A stretch of DNA of 64,000 bases from Octopus vulgaris (Eukaryota): positions 50,654,001-50,718,000 of the forward strand of contig OX597825.1 in the NCBI GenBank assembly GCA_951406725.2, given 5' to 3'. The notes beneath the pieces were generated by a model. It was not told the DNA's origin. It worked only from the letters and a program-made list of their open reading frames with translations, and searched no databases. Shown piece by piece: positions 13,420 to 26,982 of the stretch (the stretch's first letter is position 1; every line of letters begins with the position of its first letter). The position numbers and the translations under genes were made by a program.

Positions 13420-14440
13420 ACTTCTGGGTAAAATATGTTGTGCGTAAGCCTTGTGTTGATAGAATAAATATACATGTTATTTGCACTGCTAGCTCGAGAG
13501 CATGCGACATATAGTTGACCATGAGAAAAGCAGGGTATTTGTAAATTGAGACCCACATTTTTTAAGTTTGACTCTGGGCTTTGTTGATTGTTATAGCGAA
13601 GCATAATTGCACTGGGAACTGGAGGCACTTGAATTGAAATGACACATTTGAGGGAATGTATGCGATCTCTCCTCGATGACAGCCGACAATAATGGTTGCT
13701 TATAGGGCATGACTTGTCATTGTAGTTACAGTCAATGTAGTACCATTGCATAGTCGTGGTAGGTCGATGTTCTTCGGTGCATCTTTTTGTAGGAACAACT
13801 AGTATGGTGGCAGTCCTGTGGGTTGTAGAGTGTTGAGAAATTCAAGTGGAGAGTCAACAGTGGTATGTTCGACGATGGTGGTATGAATGGAGACAAATGT
13901 TGAAGCATCTCCAGGTACAATTCGGAGTTCATGGATTACTTTATCAACGCTTTCATTCCGGAGTGCTAAAATAGATCTCTCTGCGAACCATGTTTTTGAA
14001 GTTATCTTGCAATGTGCGAAATGCCTTTTCTTTAAGCTCGGACAGTGTAGATACCATGTGCCCACTGCGCCATTTCCAATTAGTAGAAGTTGAAAGAATT
14101 CCTCAGCTAAGGGGTCGTTGTAGAGATGAGCTCGCATATTGTTGCTTAATGAACAAACCTCCCCAGAGGTGAAAAGTTCAGACACACATAGATGTCATAA
14201 GCTCGCGTAACCCGTGGTATGATATGTAATATTTGATGGAAATCCCCTGCGAGGTCAACAGTTAAGCCCCCTATAACGGCAGTACCGTTTCCAATATCCC
14301 TTAGTGACCCATCTTGGGCTTCTAGTGCACCACTGGGTGCCATCGTGCATTCATCCCAGGCAATAAGTGCAGTTTAAAGTAGAACTTCCACCGTCGGTGA
14401 TCGTTTTGAAATATTGCACATTTGGGCATCACTGAAGTGA
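13420..14440 (-). pseudogene. Helitron PIF1-type helicase remnant
   Basis: Frameshifted minus-strand fragments IAWDECTMAP..ALEA, GGLTVDLAGDFHQIL, LSNNMRAHL, ERSILALRNESV, EFLNTLQPTGLPPY, CFSHGQLYVACSR. Confidence 0.85.
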
Positions 14441-15343
14441 GTTTTATTGAGCACGAATAGAGACAGTTTTCTTTGCGGCCTTTGTTTGCGGAGATAAATT
14501 AGAATGTCTTCGTTTTGGAGGCATGGCTGAAAAGAGCGAAAGATTAAGGAACAGATAAGATGGAAGACATTGCAATTGAAGTTGTGCATTGTCTAATTTG
14601 ATTTTTTAGTAACGAATGAAAAGATGTGGGAAAAGGCATATGTCAATGTCTATACTGTTATTTTGAGAAGACGCGGTAAACTGAATGATTTGGCTTGATA
14701 AGCGTAATGCATTCTGTTAGCTGATATATAGTGGAGTGGATTACTGGCGTAATGGAAGTTGTTGTTTGTCCAGAAGTGAAGTGGTGGGCATACAATTTTC
14801 ATGAAAGTGATTTATGTTCTTGAATAAAAAGGGGCTAATATGATTATGCCCAGAAATCATGTTTTCAAATTTATAATTTCTCCACTCCCCGCCAAAATTT
14901 CCAAAGTTTTAACTGTTTCTCGAATTTTGTTTTTATGCCCGTGGAAAAATACAGAGATTACGAATGTGAGAAATATTTGCTTTTTTAAATTGTTCTGAAA
15001 GAAATACTGAATGCCACTTCCCCCACCTTGGTCACCCACCAGCTATCCACTTTGGGGCGAAATGCAAATCCTCTGTATAGAAAACATAGGAATGTGAGTA
15101 AATAGAGGAAAGAAACAAGTGGTGGTGGGGGTACGCAAATGTCATGTTAGATACGCTAGAAACAACAGGTAAAGGACTAGATTTCCGAGATAATTTTCTT
15201 GTAAGTTTAAATGGAAGATCATGTTTGAAATACGCTCCTCACAAACAGTGATGACAGAATAGAAAAAGGTAATTTCCATAATATTTGCGCTGTAATTTAG
15301 CGCACAGCAAAAAATAACATAATTCCTACAGAACTTTAATTCA

Positions 15344-15374
<31 letters not shown>

Positions 15375-16188
15375 CGTGCGTATGTGTGGCAAATGAAGGT
15401 ATTTTTGCATACGTTTCTGAATTCCAAAAGAAGGAAATGTATTGAAATTGTAATATGTTAACAGAAGTTCTCCGTACATTATAATGAGAAATTGAAAGAG
15501 AAAGATAATGCCTAATTCTACGCACGCGTGAAACATGGGACGAAAATGAAAATGACCTTAAAATTGTAGGATACGACTTCATTTCTGAGGTTCTCGGCGT
15601 CCCCTTCTCTCCCGTTTCCCCCCTCTCTTTGTGCCGCTTTCTTTCACCTTTACCTATAGAACATACAGTATCAATTTTGTGTTGGCATTCTTTCACTTTC
15701 AACTATAGAACATACATAGGGTATGAAACATCAGCGACTGTCTCTCGCGCTATCCGTCTTTCAACTTCTCCCATAGAAGCTTGTTTTCTGTCTCTTTCTG
15801 CGAGAGAGAAAGAGAGATAGAGTGAGTGAGTGAAGGTGTGTGTCGTAATGATGGATGTCTTTTAAGATACACACTCATATAGAAAATGTGACGTCGTCGT
15901 CCTATAAAATGCTTACGATAGTTATGGAAAATATTATAATTTCAAATTTTTATAATGCAAATATGTCAATGGAAATAAAGTTTAGTTGGTAGCGGAAATG
16001 GTACTGAATCTTTTGATACCCCATACGTCAAAATCGGCAACTCAGTAAATTTGGAATGCATAAGGAACATACGCACACACACACATACACACACGCACCC
16101 ACACCCACACACGCACACACACACCCATACAAACTCATTTATAGTTATAAATACATGAATATATGTATGTATGTATGCGTGCATGTAT

Positions 16189-16248
<60 letters not shown>

Positions 16249-16427
16249 ATACAAGGATGCATATAGATATATATATTTGTATATACATATACAATGAAAA
16301 AAAAAACAAAAGAAACACTGAACATATTTGCTTCGAGTCTCATGGACTTTGGCCTACCTCTAGACTACCTAATATTTCGTGGGTGCATAGGATATATTCA
16401 GTCCCCAAGATGTTCAGATAATTCTGC

Positions 16428-16486
16428 TTCCGAATATGTGAAGAGCTGGAGTCTCCTTTGCCAGTGAAACTCTAAGTAACGCGGAA
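16428..16486 (+). ncRNA. Degenerate hammerhead-like motif ending 14 bp before (TA)n
   Basis: TTCCG..GTGAAGA-GCTGG(agtctcctttg)CCAGT-GAAA-CTCTAAG-TA-ACGCGGAA. Position 3 is G without a compensating C8, and stem I is only partial. Confidence 0.45.
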
Positions 16487-16499
16487 CTATGTCAGCCTG

Positions 16500-16567
<68 letters not shown>

Positions 16568-16974
16568 CATATCTATACATATACATACATATAAATATGC
16601 ATGCATGTATAATGTGGAGGTATGTCAACCTGTTATTATATATATATACATCGTTTGTAGAAAAACATATATCCGGAAAAGAAGCAAACACTAAGATGTA
16701 GAGCAATTGATGTTATAATAGGGGAGGCCGGTTTATGGGGGTCACCCTGGGTTTCTCGTCCATAAGGGGTTTGGCCTTACGGCGTTTCGTCAGACCCGAG
16801 ACATGTTGATCTAAGGCCTCTTCAAAATATGGAGGTAAAATAGAGGTGATAATCTCTTTTGCCATTAACTTATCGAGTTCCGGCCGCGTCGACATCTTGC
16901 GATGATCAGAAATCACGAAGATGAACGATTATCTCCCTTTAGCCTTGGCTATCGGCTTCCGGCTGTGACGTCAC

Positions 16975-17275
16975 CTTGCAGATTCCAAAACGCTAGCAGG
17001 AATCTTTTAAAATGCAAACATAGCCAGAAAATCTCCTGGTACGAGCGAGTCTTTCAGGATTCTCGCGCGTTCAGCAATGCATAACTTGCAAGGTTTCGTC
17101 CCGTTGATGTAGGGGCCTGAGTTTTCGAGAATATTCCATGAGATCGAGTGTGGTATCCCGTCGTCTCTGAGTTGTCAGACATGACTGGCCAGCGATGCTA
17201 CGTATCTCCTTTCCGGCACTCTGAAGGAGGACAAATGGTTGGAAAGAGGTTGCTCGGAAGAATTCCCAGTATATC
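16975..17275 (-). pseudogene. Penelope-like GIY-YIG endonuclease C-terminal remnant
   Basis: A frame not listed in the ORF track reads YTGNSSEQPLSNHLSSFRVPERRYVASLASHV*QLRDDGIPHSISWNILENSGPYINGTKPCKLCIAERARIL, then a frameshift to QEIFWLCLHFKRFLL. This matches the PLE pattern LS.HVW.L.D......I.W.IL....Y......C.LC..E. Confidence 0.75.
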
Positions 17276-17951
17276 CCGCTTATTTCCGTGGGCGCGTGCT
17301 GTCGGTGTTTAACCTGGTGCTGTTGTAAGTGTTGCTGTTGCTGTTGCTGCTGTGCCGCCGGTTGTGCTGCGGCTGATGGAGCTGGGGCTGCTGGTGTTGG
17401 TGGTGTCAGTAATATTTTCGCCCTTGCACGTATTAGCGGGGCTGGACCTGTTGTTGTTGTTGCTGCTGCAGTTGCTGCTGTTGGTATTGTTGCTGTTGTT
17501 GTTGATGTTGTTGCTGCTGCTACCGCTGTCACAGATGTTGTTGTTGGGGCTACTGGTGTTATTAGAGCTAGGGTTGCTGGTGATGTCGGTAGTGCTATCG
17601 CCACTGCCGGTTATGGAAAGGGCACTGCTGCTGTTAATAATTTTGCTCCTACTGTTGTTACCACTATAGCCGGTATTGGCACTGGACCTCTTGCTGCTGC
17701 TATACTGGGTATCCTGTCTGCCACTGTGGACGTTGTCAGGACTGGCATCAACACCAGCCTTACTAATAGCTTCACCACTCCGTAGCAAAACCGTTCTACT
17801 ACACTTTGACAACTTTTGATATCTTGGCATCTGAAGCAGCTGGCGATACGATAGATTGACCAAAAGAATCGGCTATTACAATAAAAAATAAATATTGAAA
17901 AAACGCATTTGGCCAAATTTGAACACACGACAGTTTAACATAATAGCAACG

Positions 17952-18051
<100 letters not shown>

Positions 18052-18589
18052 AACAAACCAAGGAAAGGAATTCCTTCAAAGAGGTGTGTAAAACATCCAG
18101 TTCACATTACGTCAGTTGAATACCACATAAATATGGGTATAGTGCAAATTACAAACAATAAATTAAATACAGAGACAGAATTGACAATCTAATAATTTAT
18201 TTATATTATAAGATAATATATTATGAATATAATATAATATAATGAAATATAATATAACATAAAAAACATTAAAAAACTAAAATAACTAAATTTAATAACC
18301 ACAATAATAATTATTATAGTATTGTATAGTTTATAATTTGTATTCTTCTTACAACAATGATAGTTTGTTACTTATGAAAGCATTAATACAATTTGGCTAT
18401 ATACTATTTATAGTCCTTTATATAAAAAAAAATAATATTAATTATATCTATCGTGGATCGGTACTTATCCTTGTTTTTGCTTATAATACTTAATTTTTAT
18501 TTATTGAGTTCTCTCTTCCATAATATACGAATAATAATCCTTATTTTAGTAACTTGCAAATCTGGTTACTTCTAAAAATCTAGTAATAT

Positions 18590-18838
18590 TTTGATATCCA
18601 TTATTATAGCCTTTGGAACAGTGCAGTGATGTCCAGTTCGGGGGTTAGTATAGCTAAAGTTTGGTACCAACGCTTCTAGGGTTTTCCATACCTATATAAA
18701 TGCATACCTCTCCAGCTTTTGCTCCATAGAATAGAATCGTAGCTCTTTCAGTCTCTTCCAGTAGTTCAGTTGTTCCTTTGATGGAATTTCCTTGTGTAAC
18801 ACTGCTGAATTGCCTCAAGTTCCGCTGACACACTCACC
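18590..18838 (-). pseudogene. CR1/L2-type LINE RT C-terminal fragment
   Basis: Minus strand AELEAIQQCYTRK / LNYWKRLKELRFYSMEQKLERYAFI*VWKTLEALVPNF. Confidence 0.7.
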
Positions 18839-19479
18839 ATACAAATGTATGCATGTATGTATGTATGTATGTATGTATGTATGTATGTATGTATGTATGT
18901 ATGTATGCATGCATGCATGTATGTATGTATGTATGTATGTATGTATGCACGCATGCCAGCAGAAAAAAAAAACACGTGCACATATACACGGGTATAGTCT
19001 TATACGTGTATCAAAGTTATGCGTCCATAACAGCTTACTTTTCTCCAGCTTATATACTGGAGAGCGGTGTTGCTGTTACATACACCCACACTCACACGCA
19101 CACATGCACAGACACAGATACAGACACGCCCGCACACGCGTAGACTAGTTAAAAAAACTCCCAAGGGTATGACATTGAGATTGATATTCAAGATTCACAC
19201 TATATCCACAGGTGTTGCTTCATCTCTGAGTGTGGCATGATATCTGCCTGCTTAGGGTAGTGCTAGAGCAGATGACACTTGCTCAACATACTTCATAGAA
19301 ATGAATCTGCTCGGGCAACGGGTGGTGAGATGTGTAGAGTGCAGTGTGCATAAAGGCTGAGGGTTGAGTAGAAATAAAGGTGGTGAAATAGGGGATATTT
19401 AGTCGGGGAGAGTAGTGGAAAGGAGGGAGAACTTCAAATTAAATTCGATAGAGTTTTTCAAATTGTTTACATTATTTGT

Positions 19480-19840
19480 TTATCTCTTTTACTTGTTGCA
19501 GTTATTAGACTGCGGCTATGCTGGGGCACCGTCCGGTACTTATTTTATCGGTCTCTTTGCCGAAACGCTGATTTCCTGGGACGTAAACACATCAACACCG
19601 GTTGTCAAGCGGTGGTGGGGGACAAACACAGACACAAAGGCAGACACACACACACACACACCCATATATACTACGAGTTTCTTTCAGTTTTCGTCTATCA
19701 AATCCACTCACAAGGCTTTGATCTACCCAAGTGTCTTCTATGGTTGAAGATACTTGCCGAAATGTGACGTAGTGTGACTGAACTCGGAACTATGTGGTTA
19801 AGGAAGCAAATTTTATATCACACAGCCACGCTTGCGCCTA
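19480..19840 (-). mobile_element. tRNA-derived SINE, diverged copy
   Basis: Shares GTTGTCAAGCGGTGGTGGGGGACAAACACAGACAC, ATCCACTCACAAGG and CACACAGCCAC blocks with the 1178 and 42930 copies. Confidence 0.8.
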
Positions 19841-19938
19841 CACATTGCCCGTTTGTTTACAATTTTATAAATAAAAGTGGACTTTTTTGTTGCTTTTTTT
19901 ATTTAGTTGTTTAATAGTGAATGAGGAATTAAAACCTC

Positions 19939-20147
19939 CTGATTCACAATTTCAGGAAACAAACCCCTCTTGCCAAAAGTTTTATTTATAAGTGGTAAGA
20001 AACTTAAGAGTTAAGGGCCGAAACACTTGCCTAGGTGGGGTTTCGTCTCTGAAGACCTTCTGCTGTTCAGCACCCATGAGAGTTTCTTATCACTTGTAAA
20101 TAAAACAAAACTTTTTTGCAAGGTTGTTTCTTGAAATTGTGAATCAG
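19939..20147. repeat. Imperfect inverted repeat (MITE-like), arms of about 65 bp
   Basis: CTGATTCACAATTTCAGGAAACAA...TTTATTTATAAGTGGTAAGAAACT versus AGTTTCTTATCACTTGTAAATAAAA...TTGTTTCTTGAAATTGTGAATCAG. Confidence 0.65.
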
Positions 20148-21001
20148 AAATTTAAAAAATTTGTCTGGGTTATCTTATTTGAGATTCGACGGAATTCTAG
20201 TAAAATAAACTAGAAAAATGTTTGAGAAAATTTCATCGATAACAATCCACTAATTTGTCGCTTAGCACATTCAGCAATCAACGATTCACCAGTTAGAGTA
20301 TTCACAGAATCCAATTGATACATTCACCAACTAGCAATTTACCGGTCAGTATATTTACCAATCAGCAATTCAGTAATTAGTACAGTCCCCGATGAACGAT
20401 GCACCGATTAGCAAATAAGCATAAATATATCTGCCAGCTTATCAAATATGCCGACCTCGGTGGAATTTGGAAACATGAAAGCAAACGAAATGCCGCAAAA
20501 CATCTTACTTGGCGTGCGAACGGTTCTGCCAGCTCGCTATCTTAATAATAACAAAAATAATAATAATCCTTTCTACTATAGGCACACGGCCTAAAATTTT
20601 AGTGGAGGGTCTAGTCGATTTCATCGATCCCGGAATTTTACTGGTACTTCACTTTATCGACCCTGAAAGGATGGAAAGCAAAGACGACTTCGGCTCAATT
20701 TGAGAACGTAAAAAGGACGAAATGCCTCTTATTTTGTCGGCGTGCTAACGACTCTGCCAGCTCACCACTTTAACAACAACAACAACGACGACAACAACAA
20801 CAGCAGTAGCAGCAGCAAAGGAGAACTCGAAGAATCGTTAGCATGCCAGACAAACTGCTTCGTGGCGTTTCTTCCGTTTTTATGTTCTGAGTTTAAATTC
20901 CACCGTGGCCGACTTTGCCTTTCACTCGTTTGAGATCTATAAAATAAGAACTGGTGGAGGACAAGAGTTGATGAAATTGACTAATCACTTTCTCCCAAAT
21001 T

Positions 21002-21290
21002 TCAGGCCTGTCTTAATCCTGGTAGGAATTTTGAGGATACCAGGTTACAACCTGTAAACTTAGGTGTCCGCAAGTTTTCAGCAGTCTTTTGAGTGCTTAG
21101 AACCCGCCTGATAATCTTTGCTGTCCCTAAGAGACAAACTTTCTGTAGGAGCTCTACCGGGCATTCTATTTGAATCTCCTTCAGCCATTTGTCAAAATCT
21201 TGGCTTACTGCTCCCAATGCACCAATTATTATAGGCACTTTACTGTTTGCATGCTCCAAATTCTTCCTATTTCGAATTTTAAGGGATTGT
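21002..21290 (-). pseudogene. Dong/R4-like RLE C-terminal fragment
   Basis: VPIIIGALGAVSQDFDKWLKEIQIECPVELLQKVCLLGTAKIIRRVL. Confidence 0.8.
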
Positions 21291-21794
21291 ATTTTTGTTT
21301 TGTTTTTCTTCTTCTTTCTTTACGATTCTGGAATTAAACGGGCAGGATCGCTCGATAAAGAAGCAACTTCAGTTTTCTTTATGTGCAATAATTATGTCTG
21401 GTCTATTATTTTCTGCAAACTGTGAGCGTTGTTGAGTTTAAAACCGCTTGCAATTCAGTACGTAACTCATAGCGCTAATTATTATCGGAATAATTGATGT
21501 ATGCAGAAGGATCAGTAAAGGATCACGAACGATTCGCCAGCTAGCAGCGCCAAGTTAAATACCCCTGCAGGAAAATCTGTGCGGAAGACTTGCCTCCATT
21601 CTCTCTCTGACATTTCTCCGGAGATAAAAATCTATCATGTTGATTCAAATAAAAAAACCGAGAGCCAATGCTGTTGAGACATGTGAGGCATCTGATCGTT
21701 TGAACTCTGCATTATTAGAGATAAATACTTTTTAATGATGATGATGATGATGATGATAATGATGATGGTGGTGGTGGTGGTGGTGATGCTATGA

Positions 21795-22465
21795 TGGTAT
21801 CTCAACAAAAAATTTGATAAGTTTAGAAGATATAAAGATTTGCTGATTGAAATTTTAAAAATGTGGCATTTCATGACGACTACAATACCAGAGATTGTAG
21901 GAGCACTTGGAATGATCAAAATAGGAACTAAAAATTATGTGAGAATGATCTCTGGCTTGCTATCCATGCAAGAAATGTTAAAGATTGTTTTGACTGGTAC
22001 GTCACGTACTGAGAAGAGCATTGACGCTATGAGAACGATTGCAACCGATGTAACTTAGTTCATTTTTTGCTTTTCCTTTTTCTTTTTTTTCTTTCACATA
22101 AATTAACTTTGTAAATGCACAATATGGTGCATTTATTGTTTATTTTAATGGCCTGTCAATGATTATATTGAGTTACTTTGCCCTTGGTGTCAGGAAGACA
22201 CTTAGCAAGAAATGGAAACAGAACTAAAAGAAGAATAACTAATGACAATAATAATAGAAAAATGTAGAGCCTGTGGAACTTGGAACGAGACAGTGGCACA
22301 CATTGTGGAAGAATGCCACAGAAGGAATATATGAAGTGGAGGCACGACCAGGTTGTAAAAGTTATAGACTTGAAGCTTTGCAAGAAATGGGTATCTGAAG
22401 CTGGAAACACATGGTACAATAATCGAGTCGAAAGAGTACTGGAGTCGGAGAAATGTAAGAAAAGT
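21795..22465 (+). mobile_element. Dong-like family E 3' end (21795-22250) followed by another Dong zinc-knuckle fragment
   Basis: YKDLLIEILKMWHFMTTTIPEIVGALGMIK with a 3' UTR matching the reverse complement of 54875-55200; then KCRACG / QKEYMKWRHDQVVK..WY..VLESEKC. Confidence 0.8.
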
Positions 22466-23993
22466 GAGGTTGCTTGTTTATCGACCCATCCTGCACGTCT
22501 AATTCCAGGATCGTGAGCGTTCCCTTATTAATGCTGTTAACTGGATGTGTGTCAGGGACTCTATCGGGTGAACCTGTCACTTTCTTCAGTTTTATTCGCA
22601 TATATATATATATATATATATACATAACCCAACCAGCTTAATTCTCTTGGTTTAACTTAGTTTCGAGATATTTTTTTAAGCAACAAAACTTTGATTATTT
22701 TAATCTGCTCATCCATTCCATGGCTGAGATTGCACTCCTAAATATGTTTTAATGTGTTTTTTTTTTATTAGTTTATAAATGGATTGTAACAAATATGACT
22801 GCTTTGGTGGCTAATTTAATTAAAAACTGTCAAAAATACGAGCTACGAAATAGTGTTTTTAACCCCCTTGCAGAAATATCAATTTTATGAATTAACTTAT
22901 TTGAAATCGTGGCATTTGTGTTAAACTGTATTTCGCTACAGAAATAACAGTGGTCTAGTGAGTCTCACACTCTATCAATATTAGAATTTTAGTTTTGATA
23001 TAAGCTATATCATAAATGTCGTATAAGGTTAACAAATACATTTTTTATAGTATTTTTATTCCCAAGTAGTTACTGACCTCATACAAAACATATGTTCACT
23101 GTACAGTGGGTTATTGATCGCATATTTGGAATGTTGCTCCCTTCCCAATCATTCTCAGTGTGACTTGCATCTAACCACTAGAATCGTCACTTACCTGGAG
23201 GAGAAAATCTTAGACATTAGCTTTCTTTAAACATTTACTCATTGGTGACGTGTTGTCTCGTCACTTTTATCTCTCCTACTCACTATCTCTCTTTCTCCCT
23301 CTCACTTCTCTTTTCTTTCTTTCTCTAGTGTTGCTACTCCATTGATATTCAATTCACTAAACGTACATGCACCAACTTCAATACCATCTTTGCTTAGTTT
23401 CATTTCACTCGTCTCTATTCGAAACTACAGACTAAACACATTCTCCCAATATTTTCCTTGAACTAAGCACCGAATTGCATTAGTCTCACATAATTGACTT
23501 CTCTGTTAATGTAGGGATGGGGTATGAGTCTCAAAAGCTAAGGAGATGCTGTTACTTGTTAAACTAAATATAAAACAATTCAGAAAGATTAATTCTATAA
23601 AACAATTTTTAATTCCTGCTGCAGCAATAGTTTGTCTAGAAAATTGTTTGCTTCTTTTCGTTTCCCTTTCTTACTTTACTATTAAAATCTAAACACCTTA
23701 GAATTTTCTGATCCCTAAAATAACTCCTTCTTCTTTACGTTACACCACTTTATTTCATTTCTGAACTTTGCTTTAGCCAGAGTAATTGCCGACGCAAACC
23801 CTCACTCGGTTCCTCCAGTTTTGTGTATCACTTTACAAAGTAAAAGACTTTGCATAGTCACACGACCTGATAGCAATCGCAGCTAATTCTCTCTCTCTCT
23901 CTAAAAACAAAAATAGAAATCACTTTGGATTTAGTCCCAGAGTTGACCCGAAGTTAGAAAATAGCAATAGAAACCCTTCGATAAATTCCATAA

Positions 23994-24470
23994 TCTCTCT
24001 ATATATAAACGGCGAAGTGTCTGTCTGTGTATGTGTGTGTACGTATCCTTTATACAAATCCACAATTTTTCAGTTAGAGGGCTCGCACTTTCTATGGTCA
24101 TTCAAAACCATCCAATGGTGGTCGTGCATATCTTTACATTTCGCCAGTCATCTCGCAAAGCCATTAAAAAAAATCGATAAACCGACCCCTTATGTTTCAG
24201 GTAACAAAAGTCTTTAATATAAGGAACGAAACTCACTCCAGCAGTTTAATCTATAGATATTAAACCATAGCAAGGGAAATAACTCTTTAAAGCTCTGCAT
24301 TGCCCTCCCTTTGTTATGTATCACACCAAACGTGCAAGGATTTTTGATTTAAGAAATGCAGGGAATAATTAACAAGTTAGACCAAGTGAATGACAAGAGA
24401 GAGGGGTTTTCATGAAAGACCAAATATGCTTGACTAGCTCTAGACCCGACAACACCGGGTCATTTTATAT
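23994..24470 (+). mobile_element. Probable non-autonomous Helitron-like element
   Basis: Starts TCTCTCTATATATAAA followed by (GTCT)/(GT) repeats. Subterminal hairpin GACCCG-acaacac-CGGGTC at ~24444-24462. No clean CTAG end seen. Confidence 0.4.
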
Positions 24471-26949
24471 TCTGCTCCCAATAAAATACCCTAAACTTCA
24501 TCCCTATAACATTATGAACCCTATCCCTTTTTATGGCCCTGAGCAAATTTCCCTGACGACAATTCACCAATAGCAAATCACGGACCAACAATTCATCGAT
24601 TTCATGTTCAATACATCATTGACAAATTTATACGTAGTGGCAATCTTACATCTAGCCCACACCCTCACCACCAGCAACAACAACAAAAAAAAAAAGAACA
24701 ACGACAACAGCGAATATCAATACAATCAGCATAAACAAACTAAAACTTCAGATGAAACAAAAGCCAACAAACATTGCATGCTCTTAATTTAGAGGAGGCA
24801 AATGACATAAAAGCGCCTGACTGTTTCATTGTAGAAAGGCTGTTAAAAATGAAAAGAGGTTAGACAAACGAATCTGCTGGTGTGGTTTCCCCCATCCAAC
24901 CCTTCCTCCAAAAGATCAACGGTGTCAGGTTAAACAATATCCAAAATCCTTGGCCGAACAGACAAACCAGTCTTAAACAAGTACAGCCATAACAACAGCA
25001 ACGAGAACAGTAACATGATTAGATCTGGCCTAGGGCTAAACAACAGCAAGAATGAAGATGTTTCCCAGATTTTCCAAATATTCAATGTTACATTTGTCAC
25101 TTGATAATTCTTTCTTCATAATTTATCGTCTGATTTGTCCATAACGGCACTGAATGGGCGCCGTAAATTTGGTTAATCTCTTACATTACCTAAATTTACT
25201 TGAGTCAATAATTCATTAGTTTTTACTTTCTCCATCTGGAAAATATAAATAACACCGTCACGATATTTGATGCCTTAAATCTATTTAGATGTTATACATA
25301 ATGTCTCGGTAAAATCATAGCTACCTTATTGCTTCATTGAGCTTTTCTATCATTATTTGATCTTGTTTCATGTCATTTACCCGAGGAATAAATTTATTGA
25401 TGACGCTAGCTTTAATTCTTCGATCAATCTCATTAATCCATTTAAGTCATGTTGCTGGAAAAAATGGTCAAAGACACTGTGTTATCTATCCTTACCATTA
25501 CTGAACATTTGATTTTACAGCACAATAGATAATAAATATTTCTGATTGGTTCCTGTTCTGATAAATTAATGAATCCCATCAATTAGGAAGTGGGATTCCT
25601 CTGTGTGATGGCCGACACAAGGTTTCTCCTATGAGGAAATAACGCAGATGATGCTTAACATCATATCAATGATTTCATGTAAATTTTATGTATTTAGCAA
25701 TGAAGTAATGATACATCTTTATCCTGCAATCTATTTGAGATTATTGGAACACCTTTGTAGAACTACTTCAATAATCTAAAACAGATTAAGTGAAAAGGAC
25801 TATTTGCTATCATTAATGACGGCAAACGACCCTCAACACTTTATAATACGCCAAGCAGCAGTGATCTTCCTCTCAGCCTTTCAGTAACACTTATTTGAAA
25901 GAACAACAATCGGGTATTGACCTTTATCGATTATTTGTCAAATTCTAGACGAACGGAAATTAATATTTGATTGAACAGTTGACTCTGTAATATTCAATGG
26001 TAAACATTATTTGATACGAAACCATAAACTCTGTCCGTTATATCTTCTTCTATTCACCTGCCGATCGTCTCTGAATATTAGTATAAACATTTTAATTTCT
26101 CCTAGTTAACGTTCGTCTATTGGAAAATAATGTTTTTTCTTCAGTACATTCTATTACTTGGAAGCAGGTGGAACCAGTCTTTCTGCTATGAATAACTAAA
26201 AGAATAAAACATCAACATATATAGTTTATATCGATTTTAAAAAGAGTATGCTTTGAAATAATGCTTTTAAAGAAGGATAAAGGGTTTTAAATCACCAGTT
26301 TTTCTCATTTTTGAAATTTCTTTTGTAGATAGCACGCTTGATAGAATCAATCGCTTGATGAAAAAATCAATAGAACAGAGAATTCAGTTATCTATGGCTT
26401 TAAAGTACTTAACTTCGTGTTTAGTTCTAACGTAGTCTATGTTAGCTTAGTGGTCATAGCATATAGACTGATAATTATACAATCCCAGTTAGGAATGCTG
26501 ATATCAAGTGAAGAATATGACGAAGTTTTGTTAATGATACAAGTTATCTTTTTAGTTATTAAAAGAATGGAACAGAGAGATATTTCCGCTGCTTTTTAAA
26601 ATGAGAAATGGAAGAATATATCAATTCTCGTTTGTTGTTTTCAAACAATAGATCATGAAACGGTGGCACCATACCAATATATCTAGGCAGAAGGTCACAG
26701 ACATCTCTGCGGTTGTATTAAATAATAGAAAAATAATTAATATATAAATGAACAGCAACTCACATATAAATTATTTCAGACATTATTTGGTTTGCGCGCG
26801 TGTGTGTATATATGTATACACTTTCATATATGCGTTTGTGTGTAGGTGTGAGTTTGTGTGAGTGTGTGTATGCACCAAATAATGTCTGGAATAATTTATG
26901 AGAACTACCGTTTATTCATACGTACCTACATGCATACATACATACACGC

Positions 26950-26982
<33 letters not shown>

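Noticed and set aside
17174-17182. In-frame TGA in the PLE endonuclease read as selenocysteine
   Set aside because: It falls where these proteins normally have Trp (HVW), so TGG>TGA decay is simpler. The fragment is also frameshifted.
20014-20060. GAAAC...GTC-T-CTGAAGA, resembling a permuted hammerhead
   Set aside because: There is no room for stem I between the putative cleavage site and the core, and stem II does not close.
20230-20420. Regularly spaced CAATTCACC-like units suggestive of a CRISPR-like array
   Set aside because: This is a degenerate ~15-bp minisatellite without unique spacers or cas genes, in a eukaryotic context.
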